Of a stretch of 41,833 bases of DNA, positions 16,067 through 24,311 are shown piece by piece; the stretch's first letter is position 1, and every line of letters starts with the position of its first letter. Both the position numbers and the translations under genes were made by a program. This stretch comes from a virus. The notes under the pieces were generated by a model. The model did not search any database. It saw only the letters and a list, made by a program, of their open reading frames with translations, and was not told the DNA's origin. The stretch lies in IMG/VR virus record IMGVR_UViG_3300045988_100766. One strand, given 5' to 3'.

Positions 16067-16264
16067 TTTTTTGTCCTCCTTATTGTTTGTCTGTTGTGGT
16101 AGTTTCCCTTTGCCCTGGCTGCGCTCTGCGTCCTGCGCAATCAGCATCCGGATGTAGGCAGATCGGCTCAGCCCGTAGGCTGCCGCGCGCTTGTCCAAGT
16201 AGTCTGACAGGTCGCGAGTTAGTACGACACAGGTTGTTGTCTTGTCTCCGTCTTTCTTCAGCAT
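15866..16264 (-). CDS. Ribbon-helix-helix (CopG/Arc-like) protein; reading frame continues without a stop into the 66-aa acidic protein (132-aa long form)
   Basis: ATG 16264 follows SD AAGGAGGG. TTCVVLTRDLSDYLDKRAAAYGLSRSAYIRMLI is an RHH pattern. The ORF track shows no stop before 15866. Confidence 0.6.
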   Translation of the reverse strand: MLKKDGDKTTTCVVLTRDLSDYLDKRAAAYGLSRSAYIRMLIAQDAERSQGKGKLPQQTNNKEDKKMKKVINANGTEIDYNAAVALMDDDICAELNDKLAPCTDQEFFSAYEQAHADKYGEEWELSKANPCY

Positions 16265-16311
16265 ATCAGCCCTCCTTGTTTTTGCTGTCGGTCCCCCCGC
16301 ACCGCACCTGT

Positions 16312-16341
16312 ATTGTACAACAGTTATATATCTTTTGTCAA
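16312..16341 (-). promoter_or_regulatory. Leftward promoter P2, TTGACA-18-TACAAT
   Basis: Read on the minus strand. Confidence 0.5.
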
Positions 16342-16381
16342 CACCTTTTTTGAAAGTTTTTTGATTATTTTTGTCCCTCAT

Positions 16382-16410
16382 ATATTACAGCTTGCCCAGA
16401 TGTGTGTCAA
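16382..16410 (-). promoter_or_regulatory. Leftward promoter P1, TTGACA-17-TAATAT; -35 lies inside the left inverted repeat
   Basis: Read on the minus strand. Confidence 0.6.
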
Positions 16411-16519
16411 TAGGGTTATGTGCCCTATTTGCGATATATCAAAATAGATTGCATAACCCGTGTGATACATAATAATGATAGATTCTGTCCTGTCATATGG
16501 GTATACCCTATTGACACAC
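16402..16519. repeat. 15-bp perfect inverted repeat GTGTGTCAATAGGGT (16402-16416 / 16505-19) with extra CCCTATT half-sites
   Basis: Read directly. The two copies are separated by an 88-bp AT-rich spacer. There is an internal dyad AATAGGG-N7-CCCTATT (16409-16429) and a palindrome GGGTATACCC (16499-16508). Confidence 0.85.
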
Positions 16520-16698
16520 TTTTGCATGCGTAGGCGCTGCGCGTTGGGCTTGTGCTGCTGGTAGTGCTATGTGGCGGCGCTTGCCATCCCCCCCGGTATC
16601 CTGCCAGGCAACCCACCCCAGGGGGAAAGCGGGGCCGGATGCTCCCCTTCGTAAGTCCCCCGAATTTCCGAAAAGCAAAAAAGACTATCACAATCATA

Positions 16699-16727
16699 TT
16701 GACATATCAAAAACATTGTGATATACT
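16699..16727 (+). promoter_or_regulatory. Promoter of the recombinase gene, TTGACA-17-TATACT with TG extended -10, bracketed by the 9-bp inverted repeat TATCACAAT/ATTGTGATA
   Basis: Read directly. Inverted repeat copies at 16686-16694 and 16715-16723. Confidence 0.65.
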
Positions 16728-16763
16728 CAAATAGAACTGAGACGGCAGGAGGTGCAGTACGGG

Positions 16764-17330
16764 ATGAAAGTCGGGTATATCCGAGTATCGACGGAAGAGC
16801 AGAACACGGCGCGTCAGGACATTGCGATGCGGAACCTGGGCGTAGAAAAGGTGTTTGTGGATAAATGCAGCGGGAAGAACACAGCCAGACCGGCGTTGAA
16901 GGAGATGCTGAACTTCGTCCGGGAGGGAGACACGGTGATCGTCAGCGAGATCAGCAGGTTTGCGAGGAACACGAAGGATCTGCTTGGGCTGATTGACCAG
17001 TTGAAGGAAAAGGGCGTCCAGTTTGAATCTCAGAAAGAGAAGATCGACACGAACACGCCGACGGGGCAATTTATGCTGACGGTGTTTGCGGCGGTCAGTC
17101 AGCTTGAGAGGGATTATATCCTGGCCAGACAACGGGAAGGCATAGAAGCCAGGCGCGCCAGTGTCGGGTATCACGGCAGGCAGCCGATACAGATTGATGC
17201 GGACGCTTTTAAGCGCGAATACGATTTGTGGAAGGCTGGGCAGATCACTGCGGTTACGGCCATCCATCACTTGGGCGTTAGCGCCAGCACATTCTATCGC
17301 CGGGTAAAGGATTACGAGGGGCAGTCCTGA
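16764..17330 (+). CDS. Small serine recombinase (resolvase/invertase type, N-terminal catalytic domain + C-terminal HTH)
   Basis: MKVGYIRVSTEEQNTARQ (catalytic Ser motif) and C-terminal HTH ITAVTAIHHLGVSASTFYRRV. Confidence 0.9.
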   Translation: MKVGYIRVSTEEQNTARQDIAMRNLGVEKVFVDKCSGKNTARPALKEMLNFVREGDTVIVSEISRFARNTKDLLGLIDQLKEKGVQFESQKEKIDTNTPTGQFMLTVFAAVSQLERDYILARQREGIEARRASVGYHGRQPIQIDADAFKREYDLWKAGQITAVTAIHHLGVSASTFYRRVKDYEGQS

Positions 17331-17345
17331 TTGGAACCCCGATTG

Positions 17346-17392
17346 AAAGAGCGCATGTTTGCGATTGTATGATTGCATTCGTGCGCTTTTTT
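17346..17392 (+). terminator. Hairpin/terminator upstream of terL (AGCGCA...TGCGCTTTTTT)
   Basis: 6-9 bp stem plus a T-run. A paralogous copy lies at 19108-19156. Confidence 0.5.
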
Positions 17393-17405
17393 ATTTGGGG
17401 GCACT

Positions 17406-19052
17406 ATGGATAAGCTGATTGAAGTAACGGATAAAAAGGTTTGCAAGCGTCCGGGAGATACGGGGGCGTGGGATGATCTGTTGGATGCGTTTGCAGCACT
17501 TGACCAGGGAAAGGCAACGCCGGAAATCCACGCGCTGAACAGGGAACGCCGTGGCATGATACAAGCGCAGATTATCAAGAATCAAAAGAATTTGGAGAAG
17601 ATGGGGGCTTTTCACACCCTGCTCAAGAAGTCGCTGCTGATTGATGCGCGTGTCGATTTTGATGCTTATATGCAATACGTCGAGTTTGAGCGTGATCCTG
17701 ATAAGCGGTTTTACCTGCCGAGACGGCAAGCGCTGCGTCCTGTTGTGGAAGCGCTGCAGAAGCTCGAAAACGGAGATTTGGATCTGTTGGCAATCAGCCT
17801 TCCTCCTGGCGTGGGCAAGACGACGGTTGCTATCTTTTTCCTGACCTGGCTTGCCGGGAACTATCCGGATATGCCTATCCTGGGCGGCAGTCACTCCGAT
17901 TCGATTATGCGCGGGGTATACGATGAGTGTCTGCGTATTATGCGCGGAAGCGGGGAATACATCTGGCACGAGGTCTTCCCGGAACTGCACATTAACAGCA
18001 CCAATGCCAATAACATGATGATCGACCTGGGCACGCCGAAACGCTTTGCCACGCTGGAATTTACGTCTGTCGGCGCAAAAAATGCCGGTCAGTTTCGAGC
18101 CGAAAAGCTGCTGTATTGCGATGACTTGTGCAGCGGCATTGAGGAAGCCATGAGCGCTGACCGGTTGGATAAGCTGTGGCAGTTGTATTCCACCGACTTG
18201 AAACAGCGCAAGATCGGAAACTGCGCGGAGTTGCACATTGCAACACGGTGGTCTGTCCGGGACGTGATCGGGCGCTTGGAGGATTTGTATGCGGGTGACC
18301 AGAAGAAGCAGTTTATCGCGCTGCCCGCCCTGAACGAGAACGACGAAAGCAATTTTGATTACGGCGCTACGGCTGCTGGATTTAGCACTGAAAAGTACCA
18401 TGATATCAAATATACCATGGATGAAGTAAGTTGGCGGGCGTTGTATATGAATCAGCCGATTGAGCGCGAAGGGTTGCTGTATCCAGAGGACGATCTTTTG
18501 CGTTACTGTGATCTACCTGCTGGGGAGCCTGATGCGATTATCGGAATTTGCGATACCAAGGACAAGGGCAAGGATTACGGCTTTATGCCTGCCGTGTATG
18601 CCTATGGCGACCAGTATTACCTTGTGGATTGTATCTGCGACAACTCGAACCCGGAGGTGGTAGAATCTCGAATGACGGACTTTTTGTACCGAAACAAGGT
18701 GCAACTGTGCCGTTTTGAATCCAATAGCGCTGGCCGGTCTATCGCGGAGAAGATCCAGAAAGAAGTGAAGGCGCTGGGAGGAATCACCAGCATTACCCAG
18801 CGATTTACAACCGAAAACAAGGAAACCAAGATCATTGTGAACTCGCCGTTTGTAAAGCAGCATGTTTTGTTTAAGAGCAAGGGGCTGTATGCGCCCAACA
18901 GCGACTATGGCCGAATGATGCGCATGCTTTGCTCCTACACCATGGCGGGAAAAAACAAAAACGACGACGTTCCGGACGGTATGGCGATGCTGGCTATGTA
19001 CTTGCAGTCCTTCACGAAGCAAAAAGTTGAAGTTTTTCGTCGCCCCTGTTGA
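17406..19052 (+). CDS. terL: Terminase large subunit
   Basis: Walker A PPGVGKTT and Walker B LLYCDDL, with a C-terminal nuclease-like half. Lies upstream of the portal gene. Confidence 0.85.
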   Translation: MDKLIEVTDKKVCKRPGDTGAWDDLLDAFAALDQGKATPEIHALNRERRGMIQAQIIKNQKNLEKMGAFHTLLKKSLLIDARVDFDAYMQYVEFERDPDKRFYLPRRQALRPVVEALQKLENGDLDLLAISLPPGVGKTTVAIFFLTWLAGNYPDMPILGGSHSDSIMRGVYDECLRIMRGSGEYIWHEVFPELHINSTNANNMMIDLGTPKRFATLEFTSVGAKNAGQFRAEKLLYCDDLCSGIEEAMSADRLDKLWQLYSTDLKQRKIGNCAELHIATRWSVRDVIGRLEDLYAGDQKKQFIALPALNENDESNFDYGATAAGFSTEKYHDIKYTMDEVSWRALYMNQPIEREGLLYPEDDLLRYCDLPAGEPDAIIGICDTKDKGKDYGFMPAVYAYGDQYYLVDCICDNSNPEVVESRMTDFLYRNKVQLCRFESNSAGRSIAEKIQKEVKALGGITSITQRFTTENKETKIIVNSPFVKQHVLFKSKGLYAPNSDYGRMMRMLCSYTMAGKNKNDDVPDGMAMLAMYLQSFTKQKVEVFRRPC

Positions 19053-19107
19053 CAAATGGGAACATTTGTGCTATGTTATGAATGATAAATAGGCGTTATC
19101 GCCTTTT

Positions 19108-19156
19108 AGCGCATTTTTGCGAGATGTTAAGTCATCCGTAAAAGTGCGCTTTTTTG
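19108..19156 (+). terminator. Hairpin/terminator downstream of terL, paralogue of 17346-17392
   Basis: AGCGCATTTTTGCGA...GTGCGCTTTTTT. Confidence 0.45.
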
Positions 19157-19180
19157 TATCGCTGGGAGGGTGGGAAGGAA

Positions 19181-20668
19181 ATGCGGCGCAGTTATCGCAT
19201 GCTGGATTCGTGCTTTGGCCGGATCAAAATCTTGACAAATGTCCGGCAGATCACGGCTATGAATATCTGCGACGTGCTCAGCGAGTGCCTGCCGGAACAT
19301 GCGCGGAACGTTGACCGGGAATTTCTGCTGGACGCTTACAAGCGCGGCGATCAGCCGATCTTGCAGAAGGAAAAGACGGTCAGGCCGGAGATCAACAACA
19401 AGGTGGTAGAAAACCGGGCGCTTGAAATCGTAGAGTTTAAGACAGGGTATTTTCTCGGCGAACCTGTCCAGTACGTGGCGCGAACCACGGAAAAGGACGA
19501 GGCCAAGGATACCGCGATTGTGGAGAATATCTCCAAACTCAACGAGTACATGATGCTTGAGGACAAGCACACCAAGGATATTAACGTATCCGAGTGGGCG
19601 CACACTGTCGGCGTTGGCTGCCGCCTTGTTCTGCCTAACGGCGCGTTTTCTGCCGATGATGCGGACAGCGCGCCATTCCGGATCTATGACGTTCCCCCGC
19701 AGTCTGCGTTTGTGGTTTACTCCGCGTCCTATGGCAACGATCCTCTGATGGGCGTGCTTTGCACCCAGGACGAAACCGGCCAGGACGTGTATAGCTGCTA
19801 CACAAAGGACAGCTTTTACACGGTATACGGGCAGGGGCCGACGAACCTTGTGTATATCGCCCAGGAAGCGAATCCTTTGGGTGAAATTCCGCTGATTGAG
19901 TATCCGCTGAACAATTCCCGCCTTGGCGCTTTCGAGCCCGTAATGCCCCTTCTGGACGCGATAAACGCGGTCAGCAGCGACCGTCTGGACGGCGTAGACC
20001 AGTTTGTGCAGTCATTCATGAAGTTTATCAACTGCGATATCTCGGAAGATGACTTTGCGGCGCTCAAGCAGCTTGGGGCAATCAAGATCAAATCTGTGGA
20101 TGGCACGCAGGCGGATGTGGATATCATCACCAGCGAACTGAACCAGACGCAGACGCAGACCCTCAAGGACGATTACTACGACGCGGTTTTGACCATCTGC
20201 GGCATGCCGAACCGAAACGGCGGCAGCAGCACCAGCGATACGGGCTCGGCTGTCACGATGCGCGACGGCTGGTCAGCGGCGGAGGAACGCGCCAAGGCGA
20301 CGGAACGCCCGTTTGTGCAGGCTGAACGGCAGTTCCTGCGCGTGGTGCTTAAGATCGTCCGCGACCTGACCGGCATGGATATCAAGCTTGGCCAGATCGA
20401 TATCAAGTTTACCCGCCGCAATTATGCCGATATCCAGACCAAGGCGCAGGTGCTTACCACCATGCTGGGCAACGATAAGATTCACCCGGAACTGGCGTTT
20501 ACCTACTGCGGCATGTTCCCGGATCCCAGCGAAGCCTACCTGAAAAGCGAGCAGTACGCCAAGGATCAGCAGGAAAAGATGCTGGACGAAATGGACAGGC
20601 TGCAAACCCAGCAGCCGCAGGATGCGCGCGTAGAAGCCGACGCGGCGCAGGAGGTAACGGATGTATGA
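19181..20668 (+). CDS. Portal protein (SPP1 Gp6-like)
   Basis: About 495 aa, directly after terL. Sequence character is typical of SPP1-type portals. Start is uncertain. Confidence 0.8.
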   Translation: MRRSYRMLDSCFGRIKILTNVRQITAMNICDVLSECLPEHARNVDREFLLDAYKRGDQPILQKEKTVRPEINNKVVENRALEIVEFKTGYFLGEPVQYVARTTEKDEAKDTAIVENISKLNEYMMLEDKHTKDINVSEWAHTVGVGCRLVLPNGAFSADDADSAPFRIYDVPPQSAFVVYSASYGNDPLMGVLCTQDETGQDVYSCYTKDSFYTVYGQGPTNLVYIAQEANPLGEIPLIEYPLNNSRLGAFEPVMPLLDAINAVSSDRLDGVDQFVQSFMKFINCDISEDDFAALKQLGAIKIKSVDGTQADVDIITSELNQTQTQTLKDDYYDAVLTICGMPNRNGGSSTSDTGSAVTMRDGWSAAEERAKATERPFVQAERQFLRVVLKIVRDLTGMDIKLGQIDIKFTRRNYADIQTKAQVLTTMLGNDKIHPELAFTYCGMFPDPSEAYLKSEQYAKDQQEKMLDEMDRLQTQQPQDARVEADAAQEVTDV

Positions 20669-21311
20669 GTACGCTGACAGGGTACTTCGGCAGGCCAACC
20701 GCCTGATTCGGGCAGCCTTTGCCAAGCGGCGCGCAGCCAACTTTGACCGGCTGAACGTGATGGCCGAAACCGCCGCCCTGTATGACGAGCTTGCGCAGAT
20801 AAACTTGCAGCAGCTACGCAAAATCGCCATGTATTATGCCTCCGACGAGTCCGAAAAGGAGCTAATGGAGGTCGATGCGCGCGGAACGCCGTCGAAAAAG
20901 CCAGGCTTTGCGCGATTGAGCGCGAAACGGCGCGAACCGGATATCTCCTGGCTGCTCTGGTTTTTGGAAGAGGTTTACGACGTTACGGCCTACTCCTACA
21001 ATGCCGAGATTGCCCGCAAGCGTGACCGGCTGGCGGAAGCGCTGATTGGCACCAACGGCGCAAAGCACGAGTATGATAAGGCGCTGCTGTATTGGGCGCA
21101 AATGCTCGGCTGGTTTGCAATTGGCGTTGCGGATGAGGCCATTGTGCGCAGGTACGCCGAAAACGGCGTGCATCACGTCCGATGGAACACCATCCACGAC
21201 GAGCGCCGGTGCAGCAAGTGCAAGGCGCTGTCCGGCAAGGTGTTTGCCATCGACAAGATTCCGAAAAAGCCCCATCCTGGTTGCCGGTGCTATCTTACCC
21301 CCGTAAATTAA
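20661..21311 (+). CDS. Head morphogenesis protein (SPP1 gp7 / Mu F-like)
   Basis: C-terminal DERRCSKCKALSGKVF...PHPGCRCYL motif. Confidence 0.8.
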   Translation: MYEYADRVLRQANRLIRAAFAKRRAANFDRLNVMAETAALYDELAQINLQQLRKIAMYYASDESEKELMEVDARGTPSKKPGFARLSAKRREPDISWLLWFLEEVYDVTAYSYNAEIARKRDRLAEALIGTNGAKHEYDKALLYWAQMLGWFAIGVADEAIVRRYAENGVHHVRWNTIHDERRCSKCKALSGKVFAIDKIPKKPHPGCRCYLTPVN

Positions 21312-21332
21312 CAGGGCAAAAGCCCATTATGA

Positions 21333-21390
21333 GCGCAGTATTGCGATTTGGAGAAAGATGTTTTTCCATTTTGCGATGCTGCGCCTTTTT
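21333..21390 (+). terminator. Long hairpin plus T-run inside the late region
   Basis: 14-bp stem (with G-U pairs) 21333-21346 / 21371-21384, followed by CTTTTT. Confidence 0.55.
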
Positions 21391-21513
21391 GTATTTCCCC
21401 GCCTTGTGCGGTTGAAATAAAACGTGAGTGAACACGTAAAAACGCGACCGGGGAGAAAACCCCTTAAACAGCTTACAGCGGAGTGAACCGCTTACCAAAC
21501 GCAGGAGGAAACC

Positions 21514-22074
21514 ATGCTGAAAGAAATGCTTGGGGATGCATACCGCCCCGAAATGACCCATGAGGAACTGGATGCGGCGCTGTCTGCCGCCGGTATCACG
21601 TTTGATGGAAACGAGCTTGAACGGCTCAAAAAGGCGCTCAGCAAGAGCAACTCTGAGGCCGCCGAGTACAAGCGCCAGCTACGCGCCAAGCTGTCCGATG
21701 ACGAAGCCAAGGCCCAGCAGGAGGCCGAGGAACGCAAGAAGATGCATGACGACTACGAAGCGCTCAAGCGCGAAAACACCATCTTTAAAAATCGTGCAAG
21801 CCTGCTTGAACTGGGTTACGACGCAGCCCTTGCCCAGGACACCGCCGCCGCCATGTACGAGGGCGATACCGCCAAGGTGTTTGCATGCCAGAAAGCATTT
21901 TTGGAAGCGCAGGAAAAGCGGATTCGCGCCGATGTGCTCAAGGCCACCCCGGCACCTGCTGGCAGCGTGACCGAACCGCGAATCGATTATCAGGCGAAAA
22001 TCAACGAGGCAATGGCCAGAAACGATATGGCCACCGCTGCGGCGCTGATGCGTGAGCAGCAGGAAAAGCGTTAA
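21514..22074 (+). CDS. Scaffolding protein
   Basis: Charged coiled-coil composition; lies immediately upstream of the capsid gene. Confidence 0.7.
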   Translation: MLKEMLGDAYRPEMTHEELDAALSAAGITFDGNELERLKKALSKSNSEAAEYKRQLRAKLSDDEAKAQQEAEERKKMHDDYEALKRENTIFKNRASLLELGYDAALAQDTAAAMYEGDTAKVFACQKAFLEAQEKRIRADVLKATPAPAGSVTEPRIDYQAKINEAMARNDMATAAALMREQQEKR

Positions 22075-22092
22075 TCAAAGGAGTGATTTTTA

Positions 22093-23121
22093 ATGGCTAC
22101 GAACGAAACTGCCGTAATGACTTCCCACAACCTACTCAACTACTCTGGCCTGCTCTTTAACAAGGGCAATACCCGCACCCCCTTCTCCACCCTGATTGGC
22201 GGCAAGAGCCGTACCGTTCAGGCGTGGAAATTCCCCACCTCTCTTTCCTACACCACCGGCGGCGGCACCTCGCAGCCCGCGATTACCGAAACCGCGTCCC
22301 TGACCGCGCCCGACCCCCGCTTTGTCACCCGAACGCAGGATGTGAACGTCTGCCAGATCTTCCAGCGTGCCGTCTCCATCTCCTACGGCAAGATGTCCAG
22401 CATGGATCAGCTTTCCGGCCTGAATATCGCCGGTCAGCAGGCCAACCCCGCGAACGAGCTGGATTTCCAGGTTGCCAACCAGATGCAGGAGATGGCCAAC
22501 GACGTTGAATACACCTTCCTGAACGGCGCGTATCAGGATGGCACCTACGACGATACCGCCTACAAGACCAAGGGCATCACCGCCGCGATCACCACCAACG
22601 CCAAGGCGCTGACCGGCACTCCCGGCCTGAGCTTCTGGGCTGTGGCTGAACTGATCCAGATGATTGGCGATGCGCACGCTCCTACTGACGGCCTGGTGCT
22701 GATGGCTCGTCCCGTCAATATTATGCAGCTCAATGCTGACGCTTCCTCCAACGGCCTGACCGTCGTCCCCGCTGCCCGCGAGGTCAACGGGCTTAAGATC
22801 GACACCCTGATCACCCCGTTTGGTTCTGTTGGTGTCGTGGCCAACCCCTACGTCGCCTCTGGCACCGCGATTGTGTTCAATCCCTCGATCTGCGCGCCCG
22901 TCGAAATGCCCGTACCCGGCAAGGGCAACTTCTTCCTGGAGCCCCTGTCCAAGACTGGCGCGGCTGACAAGTATCAGATCTACGGCCAGCTCGGCCTGGA
23001 TTATGGCGCTGAATGGTATCACGGCAAGCTGACTGGCCTGGGCACCACCTTTACCTCGCCTACCTATAGCAAGAAGGTCTATGTCGCTGGCGGTGAAGTG
23101 ACCACCAAGACTGCGACCTAA
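22093..23121 (+). CDS. Major capsid protein
   Basis: 342 aa after the scaffold gene, consistent in position and size. Confidence 0.8.
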   Translation: MATNETAVMTSHNLLNYSGLLFNKGNTRTPFSTLIGGKSRTVQAWKFPTSLSYTTGGGTSQPAITETASLTAPDPRFVTRTQDVNVCQIFQRAVSISYGKMSSMDQLSGLNIAGQQANPANELDFQVANQMQEMANDVEYTFLNGAYQDGTYDDTAYKTKGITAAITTNAKALTGTPGLSFWAVAELIQMIGDAHAPTDGLVLMARPVNIMQLNADASSNGLTVVPAAREVNGLKIDTLITPFGSVGVVANPYVASGTAIVFNPSICAPVEMPVPGKGNFFLEPLSKTGAADKYQIYGQLGLDYGAEWYHGKLTGLGTTFTSPTYSKKVYVAGGEVTTKTAT

Positions 23122-23139
23122 TGAAAGGAGGGGGCAAGC

Positions 23140-23475
23140 ATGACGTCTGACGAACAGATTTCCATCCTGCGCGCCATGGTAGGAACGGATGAAGCCGAAT
23201 CGGTGCTTGCCTCCTTCCTCTCCCTGGCCGGGAGCAAGATCATCAACCGAGCCTATCCCTTTAATCAGAACATTTCAACCGTCCCTGAGCGTTATCGTTC
23301 GCTTCAAGTCGAGATCGCTGCCTACATGATGAACAAGCGCGGCGCTGAGGGGCAGACCGGGCACAGCGAAAACGGCGTATCCCGAACATACGGGAGCGCC
23401 GATGTGCCCGAGGCCATGCTGTCCGCCGTAACGCCATACGCGGGGGTGATATCCCATGCAGAATCTCAGGCGTAA
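23140..23475 (+). CDS. Head-tail connector (gp6/gp15-like adaptor)
   Basis: Position and size; N-terminus is typical of DNA-packaging/adaptor proteins. Confidence 0.55.
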   Translation: MTSDEQISILRAMVGTDEAESVLASFLSLAGSKIINRAYPFNQNISTVPERYRSLQVEIAAYMMNKRGAEGQTGHSENGVSRTYGSADVPEAMLSAVTPYAGVISHAESQA

Positions 23476-23839
23476 CGAGCGCGCCTTTTGGTACGCGGTA
23501 TACCAGGGGCGTGAAATCGTGGCGGACGCTGACGGCAATCCTGGCGGCGTAAAGGTGCTCCATGGCAACCCGGTCAAGGCCATGGGCAATATCTCTCCTG
23601 CCAACGGACAGATCACGCAGTATCAGTTTGGCGAGAATGCCGATTACGACCGCACGATCATCCTGACCGGCACAGACTGGCCGATAGACACATCCTCCGT
23701 GTTGTGGGTCGAAACTCCGCCCGACATCAAGGACGGCGGCAGCACGGATACCCCGCACGATTACCGCGTGGCATGTGTGGCCAAGTCCCTGAACAGCACG
23801 GCGATAGCCATAAAGCGGGTGAACGTTAGTGGCGCATAG
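23456..23839 (+). CDS. Head closure / head-tail joining protein
   Basis: Position in the connector cluster. Confidence 0.45.
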   Translation: MQNLRRNERAFWYAVYQGREIVADADGNPGGVKVLHGNPVKAMGNISPANGQITQYQFGENADYDRTIILTGTDWPIDTSSVLWVETPPDIKDGGSTDTPHDYRVACVAKSLNSTAIAIKRVNVSGA

Positions 23840-23855
23840 AGTGATCGTCGCATCC

Positions 23856-24311
23856 ATGAGCGATATGGATCGCGCGGCGCGTGAGGTGCTGGCCTATAAG
23901 GAAGAGCTGCAGCTAAAGCTAAACCGGCTGCTGGCAGTCCTGTCGGAGGACGGCGCGGAGTACGCCCGCATGCAGGTGGCTACGCTTGGAGCCGTGTACA
24001 CAGGCGGCCTGCTGGACAGCATAGAGGGCTACTACAGCGCGTCCGAGCACTGCGGCATTATCAAGGCTGGCGCGTGGTACGCAGCGTTTGTGGAATACGG
24101 CACGGGCGTTGTGGGCGCAAACTCCCCGCATCCAAATGGCAACGGGTGGGCTTACGACGTAAACGGACACGGTGAGGCTGGATGGCACTACATGCTCGAT
24201 GAACAATGGCACTGGACGCGCGGCATGCCCAGTCGCCCGTTTATGTACAACACGGTGCAGGAGCTTGAGCGCATCTGCCAGACCGTTGCAATGGAGGTGT
24301 TCGGCGCGTGA
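23856..24311 (+). CDS. HK97 gp10-like tail-head joining protein
   Basis: WYAAFVEYGTG motif, typical of the gp10 family. Confidence 0.6.
   Translation: MSDMDRAAREVLAYKEELQLKLNRLLAVLSEDGAEYARMQVATLGAVYTGGLLDSIEGYYSASEHCGIIKAGAWYAAFVEYGTGVVGANSPHPNGNGWAYDVNGHGEAGWHYMLDEQWHWTRGMPSRPFMYNTVQELERICQTVAMEVFGA

Noticed and set aside
16764-17330. Serine recombinase acting as a Gin/Cin-type tail-fibre invertase, or as the phage integrase
   Set aside because: The tail-fibre region (30.3-33 kb) has no oppositely oriented fibre segments or matching inverted repeats. Integration is accounted for by the tyrosine integrase with a tRNA-type attP. The enzyme is of the small resolvase/invertase type, not a large serine integrase.
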